Part shown: positions 37,665 to 50,461 of the stretch, one piece after another
How the letters are laid out: each line of letters starts with the position of its first letter
How positions within the stretch are numbered: the stretch's first letter is position 1
Assembly: GCA_951406725.2 (NCBI GenBank)
Contig: OX597818.1
Span: 55,676,001-55,740,000, forward strand
Source of the DNA: Octopus vulgaris
Lineage: Eukaryota
Direction of reading: 5' to 3'
Length of the DNA: 64,000 nt
Notes under the pieces: generated by a model
Databases searched by the model: none
The model's input: the letters and a program-made list of their open reading frames with translations, nothing else
What the model was told of the DNA's origin: nothing
Made by a program: the position numbers and the translations under genes

Positions 37665-37756
37665 TATATATACATATATATACACATATATATATACATA
37701 TATATACACATATGCACACACACACATATCTATATATATATATATACATACACACA
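37495..37756. repeat. Long (AT)n compound microsatellite
   Basis: About 88 bp of pure AT with TG/CA interrupted flanks. Confidence 0.97.
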
Positions 37757-38389
37757 GGAAGTGGTCAATCATGAATGTGTCACTCTGTTTAAATACCAGG
37801 TCCCTATTGATATCAAAGTGAGGTCTCAAAAATTCAAGTCTCTCTACAAACTGACTTGTTTATATTTGATATGTGTTTTAGAGCTATGTTTGTTTATACT
37901 ATTTTTCTTTTTTTTTTTTCTTCTTCTCCCCCCTCCCCCCAGTATGGAGAAAGGATGGATAGTTTTGAATCTTTACATTATTTATTTATGTTCCCAGCAA
38001 AAGTTAGGTGTGCTTAACTATTTGTTTGAATATCTGCTTGTTAAAAAGGCCACAGAGCTTGTAAATCAAAACTTTCCGTTCACTTGAAGCAAAGATCAAA
38101 ATGCTTGATATGAAACGGTTTTGCATTATATTTTATAGTGTTCAGGTGTTGAAGAATTTAGCAATACATGTAAAGATTTGCTTGAAATTATATTTTAGTT
38201 TAAAACTCAGCAAAAAAAAGCTTTTACATACATCATCATCCAGTGTCCAGGTTCCTTACTGGCATGAGGTGGACGCGCATCACACACACACACACAGAGT
38301 AGCGAAACAGAATTTTATAAATGTATGTATGTATGTGAGTTGCCTGTATTGCTAAGAGCAATAATAGATGTGAAGTCAATGGTAACTTT

Positions 38390-38613
38390 GAGCTGGCAGA
38401 AACGTTAGCACGTCGGGGGAAATGCTTATCGGTATTTCGTCTGCGTTACGTTGTGAGTTCAAATTCCGCCTAGGTCGACTTTGCCTTTCATCCTTTCGGG
38501 GTCGATAAATTAAGTACCAGTTACGCACTGGGGTCGATGTAATCGACTTAATACCTATGTCTGTCCTTGTTTGTCCCCTCTGTGTTTAGCCCCTTGTGGG
38601 TAATAAAGAAATA
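38390..38613 (+). mobile_element. SINE-B
   Basis: Family match; TSD ggtaacttt. Confidence 0.92.
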
Positions 38614-38708
38614 GGTAACTTTCTAACAGGCCATAACCAAAGACTACATAGAATATATACGTGTGTGTGTGTGTGTTTATATATGTGAGAGATTTTTATG
38701 TTTGTATA

Positions 38709-39104
38709 TTCTCTTTTACTCTTTTACTTGTTTCAGTCATTTGACTGTGGCCATGCTGGAGCACCGCCTTTAGTCGAGCAAATCGACCCCAGGTCTTATT
38801 CTTTGTTAACCTAGTACTTATTCGATCGGTCTCTTATTCGAACAGCTAAGTTACGGGAACGTAAACACACCAGCATCAGTTGTCAATCAATGTTGGTGGG
38901 GGACAAACACAGACACACAAACATATACACACACATACATATACATATATATACAACGGGCTTCTTTCAGTTTCCGTCTACCAAACCCACTAATAAGGCT
39001 TTGGTCGGCCCAAGGCTATAGAAGACACTTGCCCAAGGTGCCATGCAGCAGGTCTGAACCCGGAACCATGTGATTGGTAAGCAAGCTACTTATCCAACAG
39101 CCAC
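38709..39104 (-). mobile_element. SINE-A
   Basis: Family match. Confidence 0.9.
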
Positions 39105-39105
39105 T

Positions 39106-39498
39106 CATCATCATCATCATCATTTAACATCCATTTTCCATGCTGGCACAGGTTGAACAAGTTGACTGGAGCTGGTAAACCAGGGACCACACTTGGCTCC
39201 ATTGTCTGTTCTGGCATGGTTCCTTATGACTGGATGCCCTTCCAAACACCAACCACTCCACAGAGTGTACAAGGTGCTTTTTAAGTGGCACCAGAACCAG
39301 TGCCTCTTCCATGGTACTAACATGAGTGCTTCTTATGTGGCACCAGTATCAATTCTGCTGTGATGGATGGGTCTCCTTGAGTACAGCAAGGCATCAGATA
39401 TCTTGGTCCTTTGACATCTTCTTAAAGCTCAGTGCCTTAAGACCAGCCTTCACTACTTCATTGCATGTCTTCCTGGGTCTCTCTCTTCGACAACTTCC
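39106..39498 (-). mobile_element. Old RTE ORF end plus 3' UTR
   Basis: (cat)n tail; the minus strand encodes RPRKTCNEVVKAGLKALSL. Confidence 0.8.
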
Positions 39499-39501
39499 AT
39501 A

Positions 39502-40015
39502 TCTATATATATAAAACTGTAGTTGTGTGAGTGTCTGTCTCCTACGATTTAGATTCCTAACTCCTCCCACATTTTGCGGTGCAGTTTAACTAAATTCGGG
39601 TATCTTATAGTCGTGATTAATATCAAGCCCGTCTGGCTATTAGTGCGCGTCTACAATGAGTCTACGATTTAAAAAATAATTTAACATCATTTTTTATTCC
39701 ATTTTAATGCATAATTTTTCGTGTGTTGATGGCGGCGGAGTTGGCGTCCACGCTCAAACACCTGCACCTGTGTTTGCTTCTCCCCCTTCTTCCCTCCCTC
39801 GTGAAGCTGTGGGGAAGGGAGTTTAAGGAAATCAACGTCGTAAAGCATTGTCAAGGAGACCAGCGTTCTTTTAGAACGACTTCATGGCTTGAAGACACCA
39901 AAACAGAAATGGCTAAGAAAGCCCGAATTGGCATCTATAAGGGAAGTAACTCTCTAAAAATGCTTATATAGTTATTTCCCTTACAAACCCGAGCAACGCC
40001 GGGCGATACTGCTAG
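39502..40015 (+). mobile_element. Non-autonomous Helitron
   Basis: a|TCtatatatataaaa start, cccgagcaacgccggg hairpin, CTAG|t end, no TSD. Confidence 0.9.
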
Positions 40016-40029
40016 TGTATATATAAAAT

Positions 40030-40290
40030 GATCATTTGAACATTCACAAATTTCCATGCCTACATGGGTCAGATGAGATTCGTTGCCACAGATTCTCTGT
40101 AACTGGATGCTCTTCCTGTCACCAACCTTCAATTAATTTCAAGCAAAGTATTATTCCTTCCAGTTCTTTCAACAAAAGCAGCTCAGTAGTTGGACATGTT
40201 TTTCATGGAAGATTAATAGCAAATGACTTTAACTAATGACTGAATGATGACTTTAACTATCAGCACTTGAGGCCAAAACGAGGACACACA
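40030..40290 (-). mobile_element. SINE-G tail fragment
   Basis: catgcctacatgggtcaga...ggatgctcttcctgtcaccaacc. Confidence 0.7.
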
Positions 40291-40871
40291 AACACACATA
40301 CACTCAAAAATGTGTGTCTGTCTGTCTCTGTATGACAGGCCTTAAACTATGGGAGGAGACAGCTGCCATAAGAGAGATTGTCACATACTCAACAAGACCA
40401 ATGGTTTCCCCTCATTCTGTACATCATCTTCACTCATTCGCCAACCACTTCACAGAGTGTAGTGGGTATATTTTATTGTTACTCCAGCATTAATGGGATT
40501 ATCTTGTCCTTTACTATTCTATGGGGAGAGCTCTTTTTTCTCATTTGAACAGAGGTGAGAGTGGTGAACCTAAGAAGTACTGAGATGGGTGAGTGAAGGC
40601 AAGCAAGAGTATTATGGTAGGATGAGGGTTACTCAGGTGAGAGGATGGAGGAGGAGGAGTAGAGACTGTGATGCATTATAATGGAGGTGAACTGCGGTGG
40701 ATGTCAGTAATAAGCAGCCAAAAAGAGAAAGGATGACGATAGGATATCAGTTTGATGCAATCCTTTATACATAGATTTTGTGAAGGAAGAAGGAATCAGA
40801 ATGATAAAGGTTATGGTTGTAGGGAGTGAAATAAGGGTCTAAAGAATATGACTTCTGCCTCATGTTACTCT

Positions 40872-41452
40872 TGTTAGCACACCGGGCGAAATGCTTAGCG
40901 GTATTACTTCTGCCGTTACATTCTGAGTTCGAATTCCGCCGTGGTCGACTTTGCCTTTCATCCTTTCAGGGCCGATTAAATAAGTACCAGTTATGCACTG
41001 GGGGTCGATGTAATCGACTTAATCCCTTTGTCTGCCCTTGTTTGTCCCCTCTGTGTTTAGCCCCTTGTAGGTAATAAAGAAATAGGTATTACGTCTGCCG
41101 TTACTTTCTGAGTTCGAATTCCGCCATGGTCGACTTTGCCTTTCATCCTTTCAGGGTCGATTAAATAAGTACCAGTTATGCACTGGGGTCGATGTAATCG
41201 GACTTAATCCCTTTGTCTGCCCTTGTTTGTCCCTCTGTGTTTAGCCCCTTGTGGGTAATAAAGAAATAGGTATTACGTCTGCCGTTACGTTCTGAGTTCG
41301 CATTCCGCCGTGGTCGACTTTGCCTTTCATCCTTTCAGGGTCGATTAAATAAGTACCAGTTATGCACTGGGGTCGATGTAATCAACTTAATCCCTTTGTC
41401 TGTCCTTGTTTGTCCCCTCTGTGTTTAGCCCCCTGTGGGCAATAAAGAAATA
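40872..41452 (+). mobile_element. SINE-B tandem trimer (184 bp period)
   Basis: Units 40872-41084, 41085-41268 and 41269-41452. Confidence 0.93.
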
Positions 41453-42220
41453 TACATTGATATCTACCACTTATACTTATCATCTATCTTGCTGTTCATT
41501 ACTATCGGTCTCTTACCAACACATAACTGTCACTCTCTTACGCTTCTTTTATTCTCATCGTTCTTTCCTTTGTCACTCTCACACTCTCTCTTTCACTCTC
41601 TCGATTATCATTCCCTCTTATCTTCACCACTGGTCGGGTGTTTGCTTTGAAAGAATGATTTAGAGAAGGTTCTTTAATCTTTCAGGGGGCAAGGCAGCCT
41701 CTCAAGTGTTTGTGGTTTGCTAAATGCTCTTAATGCACACCATTAAGGAGTTGGTAAATGAAGAGAGACAATACAGGGTAGAGAGGACACTCTGATCCTG
41801 TTACAGACTTAACCTTTCTAGTGGTGGTGCCACAGTAAAAAGAGCCCAAGAAACCACACCAAAGAGGGAATATACAAGGAGAATATTTCTCTCTCACATT
41901 ATGGCACACAGAAAGTATAGTGGAGGCAGCAGTAATCATGCTCTTCTAGTAGGTGGCTACATCCTCTGTTGAAGTGCTATTGATATCTAGAAGGCAGGGT
42001 CTTTCCAGATTAGTGCTGCTTTCATCATTATAAAAGTCCATGACAGCACCCAATAAATTATCCCACAAGGTAGCTGGGGCTTGTTATTATAATGGGAATG
42101 GTCCGTGCAGAACTAGTCCCACCCTCTTATCCTCCCAACATGTATCGTCTGGTGCAACAAGTGCCACAAGCCCAACAGTTATCAGGATGCAGGGTTTGTA
42201 TGGAGTTACATTATCTTGAG

Positions 42221-42512
42221 CTAGGGCATGCATATACAGCTGCGTGCATGTGCACGCACACGCAAGTACTGTCCAAATCTCCGACCAATCACATACAGCT
42301 AGCTGGCATTCAATTGGCGTGTCAAGTTTCGGGCATTTTGATTGGGTTTTGGATAGAAAATTTACAAAATAATCACTTCTATTGATTTTTTTAATGGCTT
42401 TGCGGGGTGACTGGGGAAATGTAAAGATGTGCACGACCACCCTTGGATGGTTTTGAATGACCATAGAAAGTGTGAGCCCTCTAACTGAAAAATTGTGGAT
42501 TTTGTATAAAGG

Positions 42513-42543
<31 letters not shown>

Positions 42544-42571
42544 GACATTTTGCCATTTATATATATAGAGA
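42221..42571 (-). mobile_element. Non-autonomous Helitron (second family)
   Basis: Minus strand a|TCtctatatatataaa, (tg)n, hairpin tgcgtgca-ca-tgcacgca, then CTAG; the following base is not T, so the 3' end is uncertain. Confidence 0.65.
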
Positions 42572-42753
42572 TGAGCAGCTGAAGGACCTCTTTTGCCCTG
42601 GGTTCGTTGGTGTGTCTGTGTGTGACCTCCTACTGAAAGCCTTTCACTGATATGCTAATTAACTCTACAGCTAGTTACATCTATTATTTGTACAAGGTAC
42701 ATAAATGCTGACACTATTTTTACTCATACATTGACTATATGAAGGCACAAAGA

Positions 42754-43173
42754 AACACTCACACTTATGTGTGCATAGACATGTACGCACGCACACACAC
42801 ACGCACACAAGCACACATGCACACATACACACACAAGCACACATGCAAACACTCAAACACACACACACTCACACACATGCACACTCAAGCAAACATATAC
42901 ACACACTCAAGCAAACATACACGCACACTCAAACACACACACACACTCACACTCAAATACATGCACACTAAAACACATGTGCATACACACTCAAGCAAAC
43001 ATACACGCACACTCAAACACACCTATGCACACATACACACTCAAACATGCATGCACTCAAATGCATGTACACACACACACACACAACTACACATGCACTC
43101 TCAAACACGTGCACACACACACACACACTCACACACACATGCACACACTCAAGCCTACACACATGCACACACA
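42754..43173. repeat. CA-rich degenerate minisatellite
   Basis: Recurring cacactcaa(g/a)ca and catgcacac. Confidence 0.9.
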
Positions 43174-43720
43174 TAATACGGTGCTTATGTTTTTGGTCTT
43201 CTTGTACTGATACAGTCTAGAGCAATGTACCCTTTCCAGGAGTGCCTCTACACCTGCAGCAGATTTGAACTAACAATCTATTAGGTGATCGCCCGATTAA
43301 CTCCTGCACTTGTTCTTATCTCATTATGCGTGGAGGTCTGTTTGTTTGAGAAGTATATGTGAGATCACTGAAAACCTGACACTTTATCTGTAAGACTAAA
43401 TAAACAGTAACTGAAAATTGTTTTATCATTTCAATAACATCTCCAAAAGTCTACAGCAGTAAATGGGCAAACAATAATTTAATTAGGTACATATTCCTAG
43501 GGTTAAAACTTGAAACTATACTATTTGAAACTAACTTGAATTGTCTTTTGATTCCAATTCATAAATCCTTGTAGAAATAATTTTTTAAAAATACTGTAAT
43601 CACCCACCATATCGCAGTTCACCTATTGTGCCCTCAATACATTGCAGATTTTTCTGGCTAATCCATGTAAATTTATATCGTGGACTCCTCAGTATATTGC
43701 AGGTTTCTGTGGCCGATAGG

Positions 43721-44118
43721 TACTCTTTTACTTGTTTCAGTCATTTGACTGTGGCCATGCTGGAGCACCGCCTTTAGTCGAGCAAATCGACCCCAGGTCT
43801 TATTCTTTGTAAGCCTAGTACTTATTCTATCGGTCTCTTTTGCCAAACCGCTAAGTTACGGGGACGTAAACACACCAGCATCGGTTGTCAAGCGATGTTG
43901 GGGGAACAAACACAGACACACAAACACACACACACACAAATACACACATATATATACATATATACGACGGACTTCTTTCAGTTTCCGTCTACCAAATCCA
44001 CTCAAAAGACTTTGGTCGGCCTGAGGCTATAGTAGAAGACACTTGCCCAAGGTGCCACGCAGTGGGACTGAACCCGGAACCATGTGATTGGTAAGCAAGC
44101 TACTTAACACACAGCCAC
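43721..44118 (-). mobile_element. SINE-A (young)
   Basis: Family match. Confidence 0.92.
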
Positions 44119-44272
44119 TTTATATTTTATTTAATTTGAATTATTTCTGTGGTAAAATAAGCATTTTCACACCTAAAAATTAACAAATAAATAAATAAAA
44201 ATACAGTACAGTACTGCACTGTATAACCCATTAATTAAAATATATTAAAAAGAAAATACGTAGTGACCGATA

Positions 44273-44662
44273 GGCGCAGGAGTGGCTGTGGGGTAAGTAG
44301 CTTGCTAACCAACCACATGGTTCCGGGTTCAGTCCCACTGCATGGCATCTTGGGCAAGTGTCTTCTGCTATAGCCTCGGGCCGACCAATGCCTTGTGAGT
44401 GGATTTGGTAGACGGAAACTGAAAGAAGCCTGTCATATATATGTATATATATATGTGTGTGTGTTTGTGTGTCTGTGTTTGTCCCCCTAGCACCGATGCT
44501 GGTGTGTTTGTGTCCCTGTCACTTAGCAGTTCGGCAAACGAGACCGATAGAATAAGTACTGGGCTTACAAAGAATAAGTCCTGGGGTCGAGTTGCTCAAT
44601 TAAAGGCTGTGTTCCAGCATGGCCGCAGTCAAATGACTGAAACAAGTAAAAGAGTAAAGAGT
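44273..44662 (+). mobile_element. SINE-A (young)
   Basis: Family match. Confidence 0.92.
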
Positions 44663-45343
44663 GTACCGTAGATAAGTAAACAAAGAATTGCTCATGCTGT
44701 ATGGAAAACGAAACTTTGGAGGCGAGTGTATGGTGGTGTTTTGCATTTATAATATAATAAATATATACAGATTATAAAAATAATCGAAAAAATACACAGT
44801 ACAGTTCTGCTTCTACTTTGCGGAATTCCACCTGTTGTTGGGGGTTTTGGAACATAACACCCACGATGGTTGAGGGATTACTGTATACATAATTGATATG
44901 AACTCCGAATGATAACATCAATGTTTCGTCCGTTTATGTTTCAAGCAATTCGTTGAATTACCTTCAGGCAACAAACTTTCAAAATCGGAACCTTTATTTC
45001 TAAAGTAGCTGGTTAAATGATTAGGTATGATCCACATATCTCCTGCTCCAGATATTTGATACTTCCATCTAGTTGAGAAGCACATGAGACACAGATATAC
45101 AGTAGTTTAAAATATGGGTGCAGTTTGACTATTTAGGCATGTTACTTATTTTCCTCTCCTATTCTACCTGTTCCTGAAAAAATAAGTGTGTGTATGTGTA
45201 ATAGTCTGTCCGGAAAGAAGCTGGATTTTGAAAACAGCATGCTTATTATTTAACACATTGTGTTCACAGTTATGCTATGTTTGGGTAATCTTAATCTTCA
45301 ATCTTATGATAATCATATCATGCCACATCTACACATGCTTCTA

Positions 45344-45775
45344 GGCGGCGAGCTGGCAGAATTGTTAGCACGCCTAGTGGTATTTCGTCTCTCTTTACAT
45401 TCTGAGTTCAAATTCCACCAAGGTCGACTTTGCCTTTCATCCTTTTGGGGTCAATAAATTAAGTACTAGTTACATATTGAGGTCGAGCTAATCGACTGGA
45501 CCCCCCTCCCCAAAAATTTCGGGCCTTATGCTTAGAGTAGAAAAGAATATATTATATTCTTTAAGGTGACGAACTGGCAGAAACGTTAGTACACCAGGTG
45601 AAATGCTTAGTGGTATTTCATCTGTCTTTATGTTCTGAGTTCAATTTCCACCAAGGTCAGCTTTGCCTTTCATCCTTTCGGGGTCAATAAATTAAGTACC
45701 AGTTGCGTCCTGGGATCGATCTAATTGACTGGTGCCTTCCCCCAAAATTTCAGGCCTTGTGCCTAGAGTAGAAAG
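45344..45775 (+). mobile_element. Two adjacent SINE-B variants (alternative tail)
   Basis: 45344-45546 and 45564-45775, both ending ccccaaaatttc.ggcctt.tgc.tagagtagaaa. Confidence 0.85.
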
Positions 45776-45809
45776 CAAAAAGATCTATACATCCTACATT
45801 GAATGTTTA

Positions 45810-46285
45810 GTGCTGTTGATGATTTGCCGCAAGTGGAACACTGAAAGATTTGGAGGAGCAATGTGTTGGCCTGAAATTCTGTTTCAAATTAGAAAAAAAT
45901 TCATTTATGGTGTTGTTGAGATTTTTCTAATATTGCAACAGGAATATAGAGAGGCCTATTTGATCCATACATAATGCCATGAGTATTTCAAATGGATGTA
46001 CATACAATCCTTGATGCTGCGACATGACAGTGCATCTGCTCATGTGTCATTCTTTATTCTGTGACGCATGAAATGATTCTTGTCCTTCTAGTTACCCTTC
46101 TGGCTGAATTTGGCTCCTCGCGATTTGTTTCATTTCTCAAAGTTGAGATCCACATGAGGGGGGGGGGGGGGTACTGATTTCAGTCAACATAGAAATCAAA
46201 GAAATTTCATTTGAAGAATTGTTCTCTAACCCTGAAAACACATTTTAAGTCATGTTATGAAACTAGGGAAAAAGAAAACCTACCG
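45810..46285 (+). pseudogene. Decayed mariner transposase remnant
   Basis: LEEQCVGLKFCFKL, LQQEYREAYL, HDSASAH (HDNAPAH-like) and NLAPRDLF (SPDLAPCDF-like). Confidence 0.75.
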
Positions 46286-46329
46286 AGAGAGAGAGAGAGA
46301 GAGAGTGTGTGTGTGTATATATATGTATA

Positions 46330-46720
46330 TCTTTATATATAAAAGTCAAGTTGTGTGTCTGTCTCCTACGATTTAGATTCCTTACTACTCCCACATTTTG
46401 CGGTGCATTTTAACCAAAATCTTATAGTCGTGATTCATATCGAGCCCTTCTGGGTATTAGCGCGCGTCTACGATGAGTCTACGATTTAAAAAAAAAATTT
46501 ACCATAATTTTTTTCCATTTTAATGCATTTTTTCGCTTTTATATAAGGGAAGTAACTCACTAAGAATGTCTACGATGAGTCAACGATTTAAAAAAAATTT
46601 ACCATAATTTTTTTTCCATTTTTAATGCATTTTTTTGCTATCTTTTGGCTATAACTCTCTAAAAATGCTTATATAGTTATTTCCCTTACAAACCCGAGCA
46701 ACGCCAGGCGATACTGCTAG
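46330..46720 (+). mobile_element. Non-autonomous Helitron (same family as 39502)
   Basis: a|TC start, shared body, subterminal hairpin, CTAG|t. Confidence 0.9.
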
Positions 46721-47806
46721 TATATTTATATATCAACAGTAGAGGGGACTATTTTAGAGGAAGACAAATCAGATAAAAATGTAAGCAAAGCAATTAATTT
46801 CTTTTTCTTAAAATTTGGTTTCATTTGGGACAGGCCTTTATGTGTGTGTGTGTGTATACACACGCGCGCACACACACACACACATACAGATATATATATT
46901 ATCTTGCTGAAACACTGTAAATGTTTCAATGCTTGTGCATAATGTCAGCTACTGTATGGAAAAGATTTAGATATCACTGAATGGTAATTATGAAGTTTTT
47001 GGTCTACATCACTCTCACTCTCTCTCTCTTTCTCTATCAAGTATAAAGATAAGTAAATACACATACTCACGGATCTACAGAGATTTAAATTTCTTTGTTG
47101 ATAACTTCAATTACTTAATCAAACCAATCATATCTAACCTTTTATTGCTATTTTATGATTTTGTATGAAATTATCTGAATTCATTAGCTAAGAAAGATAA
47201 TCATTAATACCTATGGGAAATGAAAAATAATTTTCTATCAATGGTTTCCTTCATGACGCTGTAAATTTAGTACAGATACTACAGTACTATATTTCAAACA
47301 CAGCTGGCTTGAGATATATTTTAGAGCTTACCTCACCAGAAGGATTTTATTTGAAATTTAATGTTTTCTGTTTTGGTTCTGATAATTTTGCTGTATTTTA
47401 TATATCACCACTAATATCAATGACGTTATTTTTAATGAGAGCAGCCTTTCCTTGAGAAAGTAAATAATACATTGAGATTTCGGTTTACCATGGAAAGACT
47501 ACTTTTAATAAAGCAGACCTGTGCGATTATAGACTGCTGTGTAAGCATGTCTGATAATTTTATCAGATATTGCTGACAATCATTGAAACGGCAGCCAAAC
47601 ACCAACTTTTTTTGTTCATTCTAATTCAAAGTCTGTGAGTTGCGGTGGTGGAAAAGAATCTGTAAAAGAAAGAATCACTGTGTATGAAGAAATAATGAAT
47701 TAAAATAAGTTCACTCATTGAAATAAAATACTTGTATCAATATTGCTTTTTTTTTTTGCTTTTTTCTATCCACTCTTTTATGATAAAATATATATTTGTC
47801 TGTAGA

Positions 47807-48021
47807 GGCGGCAAGCACGCCGGGCGAAATGCGTAGCCATATTTCATCTGCCGTTACGTTCTGAGTTCAAATTCCGCCGAGGTCGACTTTGCCTTTCATC
47901 CTTTCGGGCTCGATAAATTAAGTACCAGTTATGCACTGGGGTTGATGTAATCGACTTAATCCATTTGTCTGTTCTTGTTTGTCCCCTCTGTGTTTAGCCC
48001 CTTGTGGGTAGTAAAGAAATA
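47807..48021 (+). mobile_element. SINE-B
   Basis: Family match; long TSD atatatatttgtctgtag. Confidence 0.92.
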
Positions 48022-48354
48022 TATATATTTGTCTGTAGTTATGTATGTGTATATGTGTACACACACACTCCTGAAATTAAATGAATTAAAAACACACGCT
48101 TAATAATGGGTAATTTGTTTGAAATTTCCATTATGGTGTGTTATTTAATTTTGAAAAAAAGACTTCTATAGAAATATGTGTGCACAGTATTAAAAGTTAA
48201 TACATTTGACCTGATATACATTATCCCCATTTCATTATGCAGTAACAACAGGAGAGAAGATACATCAGAAAATTGGACTGGAGATATATGCTGTTACAAT
48301 TTTTTTCTTTTCTCATAGAAAACATTTTAGTTGTTTTGTTTAGATACATACAGC

Positions 48355-48489
48355 AGGTTAAGTTCCTAACCACACAACTTCAGGCTCAGGCACAATGTGT
48401 GGCTGTGTGGCCCCTCAAACTAGTGTCTTCTACTACAGCTCTGGCCCAACCAAACTTCATGAGAGAATTTAGTTGATGGAAATTCAAAT

Positions 48490-48527
<38 letters not shown>

Positions 48528-48750
48528 CCTTGCCTTGATAGCAGATAATGGTTCGGAGTGTTAGTTATAGAAGTGCTGTTATTTGTTTCCAGTTTTCCAT
48601 AAAAGTGTGTCAGATCATGGAGAAATATCACCCTACTTGGAATCAGGTGAGGACTAGTGACAGGAAAATCATCCGGCCATAGAAAAATCCGAAAAAAAAT
48701 TTCCATCAGACCCATGTTAGCTTGGAAAAATGGATTTTAAAATGATGATG
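48355..48750 (+). mobile_element. SINE-G (old)
   Basis: SINE-A-type head, (tg)n, G body and atgatgatg tail. Confidence 0.75.
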
Positions 48751-48854
48751 AAATCAGTTTTTTTCTTCTTTCTAGCACAAAAATGGTGGATCAGTCATCT
48801 TATAAAGGTTAAAATGAATCTCCATTTTTACAGAATTAGCAAGAATCTTCCTAT

Positions 48855-49280
48855 TCTCTTTTCTCTTTTTTCTCTTTTCTCTTTTACTCGTTTCAGTCAT
48901 TTGACTGCGGCCATGCTGGAGCACCGCCTTTTAATCGAGCAACTCGACCCCGGGACTTATTCTTTGTAAGCCCAGTACTTATTCTATCGGTCTCTTTTGC
49001 TGAACCGCTAAGTGACGGGGACATAAGCAAACCAGCATCGGTTGTCAAGCAATGCTAGGGGGACAAACACAGACACACACACACACACACATATATACAT
49101 ATATATATACATATATACGACAGGCTTCTTTCAGTTTCCGTCTACCAAATCCACTCACAAGGCTTTGGTCGGCCCGAGGCTATAGCAGAAGACACTTGCC
49201 CAAGGTGCCACGCAGTGGGACTGAACCTGGAACCATGTGGTTGGTAAACAAGCTACTTACCACACAGCCACTCCTGCGCC
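48855..49280 (-). mobile_element. SINE-A (young)
   Basis: Family match; possible TSD cctatt. Confidence 0.92.
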
Positions 49281-49982
49281 TATTGAAGATTTCTGCAGAA
49301 TTTAACTTTTCAGGAAGTATTCATTGACTAAATGTTGCTCTAATTATCTGAACAACTTTCAAATCTGCCTCACTGTAGACTTAGCTGTCATCTATTAAAT
49401 ACTAAATGGTGCATTGATATTAGTTAATACAAAGTCTTTTCCCTTCCCTTGAAATTGCTGGCCTTGTGCTAAACATTAATGTTAGAAAGGCGGAAATGGT
49501 GGAGTAATAGAATAAGGAATGTCTTAGAGTATTTAGTTTTGTCCCTTTGCATTCTGGTTTCAATTATCACCAGATTGACTTGTCCTTTCATCTCTCCAGT
49601 GTTGATAAAATAAATACCAGACATGTACTGGGATTGATTTAATAACTGTTCCCTCCCACAAAAATGTATTGCCTTGTGCCAATGTTGTTATAATTATTAT
49701 CAACAAATCTTACATAGAAGGACAATATCATCTCTGCTTCTGCATGCCAGCCTTGCTAAAACTATGCTACTGCATGAGTGAATCTAACATTTTTTTAATA
49801 TATCTGTAGTTTGGAAGAAATGACAAGCCAAGCATTCTTGGTCTAATCTTATGGAATTTCATTATGTCTATGTTTCTTTGCAAATACTTAGCTTGTTGAA
49901 AATAGAATATATGTTGACTTAACAATTTATAGACACTTTTTCACATGTAAGCATTGGAATTCTTTTTTTTTTCTACTTTTAG

Positions 49983-50035
49983 AATTTATACAGAACAGAA
50001 CTATAAACTCAAAATGGAATTTGTTTACTACTTTG
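49983..50035 (+). CDS. Weak candidate exon (IYTEQNYKLKMEFVYYF)
   Basis: Strong polypyrimidine acceptor, weak ttg|gtattt donor; phase-compatible with 50462. Confidence 0.2.
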
Positions 50036-50069
50036 GTATTTGATGCTTTGGAACATCCCTTAAGTTTAA

Positions 50070-50294
50070 CCCTTTAGTGTTCAGATTACTCTGTTAAATG
50101 TAATGCTTTTTTTTTTTTATTAAAATTGTTTTTAATTAATCCTGCATTATCTTATAGCTTTTGAGGTTTCAGTGATGTGATTGTTTATTTTTAGAATGTC
50201 AATGTAGATTAGGTGTGAGAGGCCAGGTATCGCCGGTTTGAATATAAAACATAGAATATTTGGGCCGGATATGGCCGGTTTAAACACTAAAGGT
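50070..50294. mobile_element. piggyBac-type MITE (family 2)
   Basis: ttaa|ccctttagtgtt...aacactaaaggt|ttaa. Confidence 0.85.
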
Positions 50295-50461
50295 TTAAAT
50301 ACTTTTGTTAGTTTTTTTTTTTATAATTTTTTGTTCCTGAAAGTTATATATATTTGTACATTTATCTTTCTGTGAATGCTTAAACAAATAATGATAATGA
50401 AACACAACTGGTTTCTGGTAGATTATTTCCTAATTAAATGCTTTATAATTTGTTGTTGCAG

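Larger units (their letters stand above)
43594..44883. mobile_element. pogo/Tigger-like MITE carrying two SINE-A insertions
   Basis: ta|ctgtaatcaccc...gagggattactg|ta degenerate TIRs with TA flanks. Confidence 0.65.

Noticed and set aside
37350-37829. Long YI/IY-rich ORFs
   Set aside because: Translations of an (AT)n microsatellite.
42739-43210. His/Thr-rich ORFs (also the N-terminus of the 27296 ORF)
   Set aside because: Translations of CA-rich repeats.
46158-46171. Poly-G run / G-quadruplex
   Set aside because: Homopolymer expansion inside a dead mariner remnant; no evidence of function.
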